Positions 9,981 to 19,000 of a stretch of DNA of 64,000 bases are shown piece after piece. The stretch lies in assembly GCA_016188705.1 (NCBI GenBank), contig JACPHH010000028.1:1534-65533 (forward strand), in the 5' to 3' direction. The translations under genes and the position numbers were made by a program. Below the pieces are notes generated by a model, which was not told the origin of the DNA, did no database searches, and was given only the letters and a program-made list of their open reading frames with translations. Positions within the stretch are counted from its first letter, which is position 1, and every line of letters starts with the position of its first letter. Source of the stretch: Candidatus Peregrinibacteria bacterium. GTDB taxonomy: Bacteria > Patescibacteriota > Gracilibacteria > UBA1369 > JACRIC01.

Positions 9981-10031
9981 CCACGAATCAGCAACGAAGT
10001 CACTTGACAAAAAAGCAGTATGATAAAAAAC

Positions 10032-11669
10032 ATGCGCATTGCGATTTTGGGCTATGGCATTGAAGGAAAAGCGCTTTTGAAATATTTTTTAAGCAAAGGA
10101 TACACAAATATTACTGTTTGCGACCAAAGAGATGCTTTTAAGAGCAGTCTGGATAAAGACGGAGAAAATAAAGACAGAAAAAATACGAGTGGCGGAAATA
10201 CAAAAAACCCATATGGCGCTCAAAGATTGAATATAAAAATTCAGACGAATTTCGGAAAAAATTACCTAAAAAATCTCAAATCATGCGACGTTATTTTCCG
10301 AAGCCCCGGCATTTCTTGTCTTACTCCTGAAATAATCGAAGCAAAGCGCCGCGGACAAAATGTTACGAGCCTCACGCAGTATTTTTTTGACCACTGCCCG
10401 TGTCCGATTATTGGCGTAACGGGGACAAAGGGCAAGGGAACAACATCGACTCTTATTTATAAAATTTTAAAAAAAGCTGGGCGGGACGCTTATCTTGGCG
10501 GAAACATTGGCGATCCCCCGCTTGATTTTTTAAAAAAACTCAAAAAAACATCCTGGGTGGTATTGGAACTTTCAAGTTTTCAGCTTCAGGACATGACAAA
10601 AAGCCCTCACATAGCCGTGATTCTTAATGTGACTTCCGAGCATCTTGACTATCATCGTTCGCTTGAAGAATATCACGAAGCCAAAGAAGGACTGGTCGCG
10701 TTTCAAAAGAAAAATGACTATTTGGTCGTCAACGAAGATTATGAAAAATCTCTTTCTTACGCGTCAAAAACCAATGCCGCGACATATACCGTTTCAAGAA
10801 AACATGCTGTAAAGCGCGGCGCCTACATTGAAAACGGAACTTTATATGTCGCGGACGAAACTTTTTTAAATATACAACATCCTCCTTTCCCTCAAAATCC
10901 TTATCCTATTATAAGCACTCGCGAAGTCGGACTTATTGGCGCTCATAACCTTGAAAATATTTTGCCGGCGATAACCGTGGGAGCAATTTTAAAAATTCAT
11001 CCTGACGACATTCGAAGCGCGGTTCAAGAGTTTCGAGGGCTTCCGCATCGACTCGAATTTGTGGCTGAGAAAGAAGGCGTAAAATATTACAACGACTCTT
11101 TTTCCACGACTCCTGAAACAACCATTGCCGCCATTGATTCATTTACGAGTCCGCTGATTATTATTGTAGGCGGTTCTGAAAAATATTCTGATTTTAACGC
11201 GCTTGCCGAAAAAATCGTACATGCTCGCCATATAAAAAAGGTTATTTTTCTCGGAAAAGAATCGGCAAAGAGAATAGAGAAAGCCATTCATCTCGCGAAT
11301 AAAAGAGCGATAAAAAAAATAAAACATCAAAACGCGCAAACGCGAGCTAATAAGCAATCGCGGGCTGATAAACAAGAGTGCCCCGATGAGCGATTGCAGT
11401 CTAATGAGCAATCACATTCTGATAAGCAAACACGGCTTGATGAGCGATTGCAATCTGATGAGCAAATCCGACCAGATATTTCTTTCATTTTTAGCCACGC
11501 CATGTCAATGAACGAAGCGCTGCAAAGCGCGCGAAAAGATGCTAAAAAAGGAGATACCGTGCTACTTTCTCCCGCTTGCGCGAGCTTCGATCTTTTTAAT
11601 AATTATAAAGAACGCGGCGAAATTTTCAAAAACCTTATTTCTGTCGAACGAGGGCGACCATGTCTTTAG
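10032..11669 (+). CDS. murD: UDP-N-acetylmuramoyl-L-alanine--D-glutamate ligase
   Basis: GVTGTKGKGTT, ELSSFQL, HLDYH, GLPHRLE, YNDS, LSPACASFD. Confidence 0.96.
   Translation: MRIAILGYGIEGKALLKYFLSKGYTNITVCDQRDAFKSSLDKDGENKDRKNTSGGNTKNPYGAQRLNIKIQTNFGKNYLKNLKSCDVIFRSPGISCLTPEIIEAKRRGQNVTSLTQYFFDHCPCPIIGVTGTKGKGTTSTLIYKILKKAGRDAYLGGNIGDPPLDFLKKLKKTSWVVLELSSFQLQDMTKSPHIAVILNVTSEHLDYHRSLEEYHEAKEGLVAFQKKNDYLVVNEDYEKSLSYASKTNAATYTVSRKHAVKRGAYIENGTLYVADETFLNIQHPPFPQNPYPIISTREVGLIGAHNLENILPAITVGAILKIHPDDIRSAVQEFRGLPHRLEFVAEKEGVKYYNDSFSTTPETTIAAIDSFTSPLIIIVGGSEKYSDFNALAEKIVHARHIKKVIFLGKESAKRIEKAIHLANKRAIKKIKHQNAQTRANKQSRADKQECPDERLQSNEQSHSDKQTRLDERLQSDEQIRPDISFIFSHAMSMNEALQSARKDAKKGDTVLLSPACASFDLFNNYKERGEIFKNLISVERGRPCL
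11331..11474 (+). repeat. In-frame 18-bp tandem repeat (8 degenerate units) inside murD
   Basis: Units NAQTRA NKQSRA DKQECP DERLQS NEQSHS DKQTRL DERLQS DEQIRP; GATGAGCGATTGCA repeated 54 bp apart. Confidence 0.85.
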
Positions 11670-13119
11670 TTACGGCTTTTGTGGCGATAAGCATGATGAT
11701 ATAAACAATCGCGCCGAGAGGAATAAGGGCAACAATAAGAAAATTTTGCATAATGTCATAGAACGGCTCTCTAAGAAAATAAATAACGAGCCCCATAATG
11801 CCGACGGAAAAAAGCGCTCGAAAGGCGCGATCAAGTGAAATACGGTAATCCACATATTTGTGAACCGCCCTTGAAGTGAGAATGAGAATGAGGAGTTCGG
11901 AAAAAATACTCATAAACGCCGCTCCGCGAAAGCCCCAATGCGGGATGACAAGAATATTGGACGCGATATTAAAAATGACTCCGCAAGCGTTGATTTTTAA
12001 AAGGTCAACTTGTCGATCAAGCGCCACGAGAGAAAATCCAAAAATGCTGTTGATATAAGCGAAAAACATGGCAAACGCCAGAATTTTAATTCCGATATCC
12101 GAGCCATAAAATCCTTCACTAATCCTGCTTAGAAAATCCGGACTCGCGATGACAAAAGTAATTTGATAGGCCAAAAGATATGCCCCAACGACCATCGGCA
12201 AAGCCGTAATAACGAGAAAATCAAAAGCATACTGAAGAATCATTTTTACTTTTGGAGAATGGTCTTTGATGTGGCGCGTCAACACGGGAAGCACGGAATT
12301 CATAAAAAAAACAGGAACAATATTGAGAATTTCAAGCATTTTCATGGGGACTCCGTAGATTCCAACCTCTTGAGTCCCCTTCATGAGCGAGAGAATAATC
12401 GAATCAATTTGAAAATAAATCATGCTTAAAATAAGAGCGAAGCCGTATGGAAGCGCTTTGATAAGGACATCCCTCCAAAATATCCAGTCAAAACGGTACG
12501 AAATCCGCGCGAATTTACTCGTATAAAAATACGTCAACCCCAGGAGAATTGCCGCATTGATATTGCCGGCGATCATAAGGTGAATAAATCCTGTATGGGG
12601 ATCATTTTTAAATGCGTACAGGACAATCCAAAGCATATACAGAAAGGAAACGATGCGCCCGATTATCAAAGAAAAAATGGAATATTGCATTTTAAGATGC
12701 ACTTGAAGAACGCTTGAAATGGTGCCGGCAAGAATGGAAAAAATGGTCGAAAGCGAAGCAATGGCGACTCCGAGAGGAATCAAAGTATTGTCATATTTTG
12801 GAATAATGGCCGCCGTAATGATGGCAACAATCATCATTGCCACGCAGAGCAGTGTTCTGAGGCTCAAAACATTCCCGATGATGAATGGAATATTGTTTTC
12901 ATCCTTTGACATTTCCCGTACCGCGATGGTAAAAAGTCCAAGGTCGGCGGCGACGCCGAAAAATGCCAAATATGAATAGACCGTGACGTATTGACCGTAG
13001 CCGTCGGGTTCCAAATAGTTCGTGAGGAGTTTGACGATAATAATGCTCAGAAGGGCGGTAAAAGCCCGTCCCATAACCTGATATCCCGTGTTTGAAAGAA
13101 TTTTTCGCGCCGTAGACAT
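11635..13119 (-). CDS. MOP-superfamily flippase (Wzx-like)
   Basis: About 14 TM segments, KILSNT..Q, YGQY, DLGL, IYFQIDSIILS, EVGIY motifs. Confidence 0.85.
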   Translation of the reverse strand: MSTARKILSNTGYQVMGRAFTALLSIIIVKLLTNYLEPDGYGQYVTVYSYLAFFGVAADLGLFTIAVREMSKDENNIPFIIGNVLSLRTLLCVAMMIVAIITAAIIPKYDNTLIPLGVAIASLSTIFSILAGTISSVLQVHLKMQYSIFSLIIGRIVSFLYMLWIVLYAFKNDPHTGFIHLMIAGNINAAILLGLTYFYTSKFARISYRFDWIFWRDVLIKALPYGFALILSMIYFQIDSIILSLMKGTQEVGIYGVPMKMLEILNIVPVFFMNSVLPVLTRHIKDHSPKVKMILQYAFDFLVITALPMVVGAYLLAYQITFVIASPDFLSRISEGFYGSDIGIKILAFAMFFAYINSIFGFSLVALDRQVDLLKINACGVIFNIASNILVIPHWGFRGAAFMSIFSELLILILTSRAVHKYVDYRISLDRAFRALFSVGIMGLVIYFLREPFYDIMQNFLIVALIPLGAIVYIIMLIATKAVTKDMVALVRQK

Positions 13120-13156
13120 AAAGTATGCCGTGAATGGAATTACTCACCTGCCCTAA

Positions 13157-13212
13157 GGAATTTTAAGAAAAACGTGCTTATTACTGCGATTTACAAATTT
13201 TGGCTGTAAAAT
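13157..13212 (-). repeat. Family A element, degenerate end fragment
   Basis: CTAA|GGAATTTTAAGAAAAACGTGCTTATTACTGC...TTTTGGCTG resembles the reverse complement of the family A right arm. Confidence 0.55.
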
Positions 13213-13440
13213 TTTTCATCGCGTGCTATGACTGTCCATCATTTTTTTAAAACAATGGGCAATTCCCTGCATGAGGTATTGTATAAGGAAATGAAATCAT
13301 AATACAATATAAAGGCTTTATTTATTCAATCTCTGACGCTGACTTTTTTAACTTGTGCCTCGATTTTGTTATGGTAACTGAATAAATGAATTATTTTCAG
13401 GACATTTAAAAGATTTATTCATTTTTAAAAAATCCATCGT

Positions 13441-14574
13441 ATGTTTCTCGAAGAACTTACACAAAAGCTTGAAACCTTGCGCGAGGAAATTACTCGCGCT
13501 AAAACGTATTTTGAGCCCGAAAAGGTAAAAAATCGCATTAAAGAGCTCGAATATCTCGCTTCGCAGCCGGATTTTTGGACGAACCAAGAGGAAGCGAAAA
13601 AAGTGTCACGAGAAATGTCGGAAAAACGGGAAGATTTGGAATTATGGGAAGGGCTTGAGAAAGACGCGAATGATTACTCCGCGCTTGCTGGAATGATTCA
13701 CCCGACCAATGAGCCGGACGAATACAAAGATCTTGAAAAAAAGACTCTGGAGTTCGAAAAACGATTTAACAAAGCCAATGTAAAACTTTTTCTTAACGGA
13801 AAGTACGACCACTCAAGCGCCATTTTGTCCTTTCACGCGGGCACGGGGGGCACGGACGCGCAGGACTGGGCGGCCATGCTTATGCGCATGTACATGAAAT
13901 ACGCTGAAAATCACAAGTACAAAACAAGTATTTTGGAAGAAAGTCCGGGGCATGAAGCTGGCATAAAAAGCGCGACAATCATAATTGAGGGCCCAAATGC
14001 CTATGGTTATTTAAAAAATGAACACGGCATTCATCGATTAGTGAGGTTATCCCCTTTTAACGCGGGAAATACTCGCGAAACATCATTTGCGCTTGTGGAG
14101 GTTATACCTGAAATTATTGAGGATGAAGAAATCGAAATCAATAAGGATGATCTTCGCATTGACACTTTTCGTTCATCGGGCCCTGGCGGCCAGAGCGTCA
14201 ACAAAACAGACTCAGCGATACGCATTACGCATTTGCCGACAGGAATAACTGTCAACTGTCAAAACGAACGATCACAAATCCAAAATAAGGAACGCGCCAT
14301 GAAACTTCTCAAAGGAAAACTTCAAAAAATGAAAGAAGAAACGCAGGCTGAAACCCTCGACGATCTCAGGGGGCAACACAAGGAAGTAGCCTTCGGAAAC
14401 CAGATTCGTTCGTATGTCCTTCATCCTTATACCATGGTAAAAGATCAACGCACGGACTGTGAAACGAGCCAAGTCCATGACGTGCTTGATGGCGATCTTG
14501 ATATTTTCATTGAAGCAAGTCTTTTAAAAATGAGGCAGAGCTTTCCTCTATCGAATGGAATAAAGGGGCGCTAA
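13441..14574 (+). CDS. prfB: Peptide chain release factor 2 (no programmed frameshift)
   Basis: SPF and GGQ motifs, HRLVRLSPF, QIRSYVLHPY; single continuous frame. Confidence 0.97.
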   Translation: MFLEELTQKLETLREEITRAKTYFEPEKVKNRIKELEYLASQPDFWTNQEEAKKVSREMSEKREDLELWEGLEKDANDYSALAGMIHPTNEPDEYKDLEKKTLEFEKRFNKANVKLFLNGKYDHSSAILSFHAGTGGTDAQDWAAMLMRMYMKYAENHKYKTSILEESPGHEAGIKSATIIIEGPNAYGYLKNEHGIHRLVRLSPFNAGNTRETSFALVEVIPEIIEDEEIEINKDDLRIDTFRSSGPGGQSVNKTDSAIRITHLPTGITVNCQNERSQIQNKERAMKLLKGKLQKMKEETQAETLDDLRGQHKEVAFGNQIRSYVLHPYTMVKDQRTDCETSQVHDVLDGDLDIFIEASLLKMRQSFPLSNGIKGR

Positions 14575-14762
14575 GATTTTTCAAACCATTTTTATGCTAC
14601 CTTATTTTCAAAGATCGAAAATTCTATTCAATGATATACGAGAGATTCCTTTACAAAATCAGTAAAAAATTATGAGTAAAAACGCCATGGAACGGCATTG
14701 AAATAGTAGTATAAAACAGGTATTCTCTTGGTACTTTTTTATTTGTAATCAACGGTAAAAGC

Positions 14763-15227
14763 ATGGCCATTCTTTCAATGCAAACAGGCGCGGATAATCC
14801 GATTCTGCGAAAAAAATCGACAGAGGTAAAAAAAATCGATACCAAGTTGAAAAAGTTTATCGATGACATGAAAGATACGCTTGTGTCGCACGAAGGCATT
14901 GGACTTGCGGCTCCTCAGGTAGGGAAAAATATCCGCGTGGTTCTCGTTTGTCTCAATCCGAAAACAAAAAACGAAAATACGGTTGTCATGATCAATCCTG
15001 AAATAACGTATAAATCTGAAGAAATGTATGAGGCGGAAGAGGGTTGTTTAAGTCTTCCTGGAATATATTTGCAGGTTTTGCGTTCTAAGGAAATTATTGT
15101 CGATTTTCAATCTTTAAAAAAACAAAAACAAACACTTCGCCTCGAAGGTATAAATGCTCGCATTGTCCAGCATGAAGTCGATCACGTTAACGGCATTCTT
15201 ATCGTGGACTACCATTTGAACGCATAG
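14763..15227 (+). CDS. def: Peptide deformylase
   Basis: GIGLAAPQVG, EGCLS, QHEVDH. Confidence 0.97.
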   Translation: MAILSMQTGADNPILRKKSTEVKKIDTKLKKFIDDMKDTLVSHEGIGLAAPQVGKNIRVVLVCLNPKTKNENTVVMINPEITYKSEEMYEAEEGCLSLPGIYLQVLRSKEIIVDFQSLKKQKQTLRLEGINARIVQHEVDHVNGILIVDYHLNA

Positions 15228-15341
15228 CAAAGCGTAGAGAAAATGTAGTTCCTGCCCATCTACTATTTGAATAAAAAATAACAGCAGTGGGAAAATTACG
15301 TTTTTATAGATTTTAGAACGATTTTTTGCTAAAATAAAACC

Positions 15342-15650
15342 ATGAGACTTGAAAATATATCATCGGATTTTCTCAAGAAAGAGATACGAAATCGCATGGA
15401 AAAACATCTTGATCTCAAAAAGTATAAAGTGTTCATTTTTGGATCGCGCGTGACGGGAAAGGGAGATGAACACTCGGATATTGATATTGGCATTGAAGGC
15501 GATAAACCGATTCCGCGCGTTCTTTTTTCTAACATGCGCGACGAAATTGAAGACATACCGATTCTTTATACAATTGAGGTGGTTGATTTTCAGCGTGTTC
15601 CAAAGGAATTTCGAGATATCGCGCTTCAACATATTGAGCTTTTAAAATAA
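15342..15650 (+). CDS. Minimal nucleotidyltransferase (MNT, Pol beta superfamily)
   Basis: FGSRVTG...SDIDIGI motif, 102 aa. Confidence 0.88.
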   Translation: MRLENISSDFLKKEIRNRMEKHLDLKKYKVFIFGSRVTGKGDEHSDIDIGIEGDKPIPRVLFSNMRDEIEDIPILYTIEVVDFQRVPKEFRDIALQHIELLK

Positions 15651-15711
15651 TTTTTTCTTGTGTCAAGAAATAAAAAATGCTATAATTATTAGAAAATAAA
15701 AATAAATAACT

Positions 15712-16077
15712 ATGGCAGTTCTCGCAAAGGTGGCGACACAGAAAGTAAGTCTCAATGAACTTTTACAGCATTCTTTGACGGTTCAATCTCTTTCGGAAGA
15801 GGAGCGTCAAAAATTTATCGAACATGTAAAAGCCTTGCCGAAAGATAAACAACGAGAAGTAGCGGACGTGCTTTTAAACGAAGCGAATCAACTCAATAAA
15901 ATTGAGGAAACGCTTATTCCAGAGAGAAAAGCAATTTTAGAAAAATACACAAAAGATATGAACGAAGCAAAAAAGAAATGCATTCGTTTGCTTCAACAAA
16001 AAATTGAAGAAAAAGAACGAAAGAAAGAAACACAAACAGAAAAAAATATTCTGAAAAAATTAGACGATAGCCACTAA
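15712..16077 (+). CDS. Small charged coiled-coil hypothetical protein
   Basis: Own promoter TTGTGT-N17-TATAAT; ends 5 bp before the giant ORF. Confidence 0.7.
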   Translation: MAVLAKVATQKVSLNELLQHSLTVQSLSEEERQKFIEHVKALPKDKQREVADVLLNEANQLNKIEETLIPERKAILEKYTKDMNEAKKKCIRLLQQKIEEKERKKETQTEKNILKKLDDSH

Positions 16078-16082
16078 ATTAC

Positions 16083-19000
16083 ATGAAATATCTCAAATAT
16101 AATTGGCTACTCTCAAAAAAGTTTCCTCAAGGAAAATTTCTTTTTTTTATAAAAAACGAAGGAATGGAAACTCCAAATATTATAGACGCAGGAGAAACTG
16201 CTGAACTGAGAAAAGACGCAACAGGGGCAAGTCCCAGCACGTATGTAGATGCAGCAAGAGCAAAAATATTTATTTCTGACAATGCAAAACAGGCAAGAGA
16301 TGCAATCATTGATCAATACAAAGGCCAATATGATGCTGCCTACTTAAGTAAATGGGAACTTACAAAAAATTTGGCTCCAGATGTTCTATTGACGACAGGA
16401 GGCGCTGTAGTAGGAGGAGTGATGGCGGGTGGGGCGCGACTGATAAAATGGGGAGGAGCCGCGCTAAAAGCCAAAAAGGCAGTAAATGTCGCAACGAAAG
16501 CAATAGATGCATCCAAGGCAGCAAAAGCCTCATTAGTAACCTTACAAGCAGCAAGAGCAACAGCAAAAGCTGCGGGTACGAAATTGCCAATTGGGATAAA
16601 AGGCTTGACGGCAACGGTAAAAGCTGCAGGCGATGCAGAAAAGATAGCAGTAGATGAACAGGCGGTGGCCATGGCAGAAAAAGTAACTGCGAAAACAACT
16701 CTACTTTGGCATCCGAAAGCCTTAATCGCAACTGGTGGCGGATTGGCAGGCTACGGAGCAATAGCTTCAGACATGTTTAACGAACTTGGAATCGTAACCA
16801 ATGATACGGCTATTCAGAAAGCAACTTTGGCGGTGAGAATGATTGAAGAGGGAGCATTGCAAAAATTAAAACTCATCGAAACAACTTCTGGAGTAGAAGA
16901 AGATCGACTTGGAATAGTGCGTGGAACGGCAAAAGAGCTCTCAGAGATTGTTGGCTATACCGTCCATATTAATACGCCAAATGCGCCAAGTGGCGTACCT
17001 CTGGTTGATAAAGCACGAGATAATTTTGGATTGAATCCTGAAAATGGTTTGTCAACAGGAACGCCTGTAGAATTTCAAGAAGAAGAAATGGATGCTCTTT
17101 TGAGCAGTAATCCATTTGTGAACGCTCTTTTTACCAAAATTGATCAAGATACCACTTTTGATTGGAATGATAGTCTTACATCGTTTGGAGAAGGAAATAA
17201 AGTTTCTCTTAAAGAAAACTTAATAAAATCAGAAATTATTCGAATTTTTGCAAATCCTGACATACCCATATTCATAGGCCTTATAGGTCAAAATGAAAAC
17301 AATAATGAATTTCTCGATCATATGTCAGAGTGGATGGCACGCTTGCCGAATAAAGAAATAACCTATCCAGCAGTAGACAGCTTACTCGGGCTACTTCGCA
17401 AAGATGAATCTGAATATCAAGGATATATAGATGCTGCCGTAAAGAAAATAAGAATAGAGATTGATCCAATAAAAAACACACTTCTTAATTTAAATATCGC
17501 CCTTGCGACGGAAAGATTTGAAATAATAGATAGCGAATTCATGGCACTCTTAACAAAGGATATGTCTGTTCTCACTCTTGAAGATATAAAAGATTTCATT
17601 GAATTTGACGCAAAAAGCCATGAAGTCAAATTAAAGGAAGATGGAACTTTAAAAGCTAAAATAATTGATAAACTCACAGAAGTTTTAAAAAAACTTGAAG
17701 ATCATGAAGCAGCGTCTCATCCGGATATTAAAGAGAAAATAGAAAAACTAAGTGCAAACATAAAAGAAATTAACATAAATACACTGACTACTGATGATAA
17801 AAACCCTGTTAAAATTTTTAATGATATTTTGGCGGCGAAAGAAGACGCAGAGAAAACAAAAGAAACATTTGAAAAGGAAAAAAAGGAATACGCAAACCTT
17901 TTTGGATCATACATGGCAGTTAAGGCTGCTATTGATGATATGAAGCTCGGAATAGATACCGCTATAACTCCTGAATTAAAGAATCCAGCTAGTCCACCAC
18001 TCGTGTTCGCCGATCTCACGGATTTTACATCAATTAAAACCGCAATCACTGCAAAAATAAAAGAAATACTCAATCAGACAACGGAAAAACTGAAAGATAA
18101 AGCAGAGGTAAGAAACCTTGAGTACATAAAAGTGCAAATTGACGCAGAGATAACTCCAAAAATTGTAGTCTTAGATGAGGCAGCCCTGACAAATGATGAC
18201 GCGGTGGCAAAACTAACGAGTGATATAATAACTCCACTTCAAAACATTGCTGTCGATGTGAATACAGAAATAATACCGCCACTTCCAGATAACCTAGAAG
18301 GAAGAAAGGCTGAATATAAAATACTTTCTGATCTTTTCTGGCAAGTACATGAAGCCAATGAAGAATTAAAATCAGGAGTAGCCACAGAATGGCCGTCAAC
18401 AATAGTTTTTAATGAAGCAGAACATCTTCATGAAAGTGAAATTACCTCTGTCCTTCTCGATGAGTACAAGTGGAACATGACAACCACTCTAAAGGGCTAT
18501 TTGACAGCGGCTACTACATTTTTAGAAGAGAACTCAAATATACTGACCGATCATACAGACATAAACACACTTCTCGTGGCAATTAATGGCAAAATTGAAA
18601 CTTTGAATCCCTCAATAATAACAACCAATGGGCAAAGAATTATACGTGAAATTATCAGTCAATTAAAAGAAGTAAATGTAAATATCCAAGATGAGCTGAA
18701 CGCCGATCCGGAAGCGGTAAAAAGGCTTGCTCGAGAAAATTATAAGAAATTGAAAAAAAGTTACGACTATATACAAGATCAAGCGAAAAAATTAGGAATA
18801 GCCATCGAATGGCCAAGCGGAGGAATTGCTCAAGATAGAGATCCTGAAATACTCACTGACATAGAACTCACGCAAATAGCAATATTGGGAGACGCTTTGA
18901 GTAATAATATTAAAGCGGGTTTACAAAAGATGGTTGAACCATTGGAAAAGAGAGCTAACGATCTTGCAAATTCGGAAATTATAGCAAAGGTCGCGGCGCT

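Noticed and set aside
10004-10024. TTGACA as the -35 of murD
   Set aside because: Only 9 nt from the TATGAT hexamer, incompatible with sigma70 spacing
11331-11474. Possible CRISPR array
   Set aside because: Degenerate 18-bp coding units without unique spacers; no cas genes or repeat-spacer array seen in the window
11635-11669. 35-bp convergent overlap of murD and the flippase gene
   Set aside because: Short tail-to-tail overlaps are common in compact genomes; no further signal
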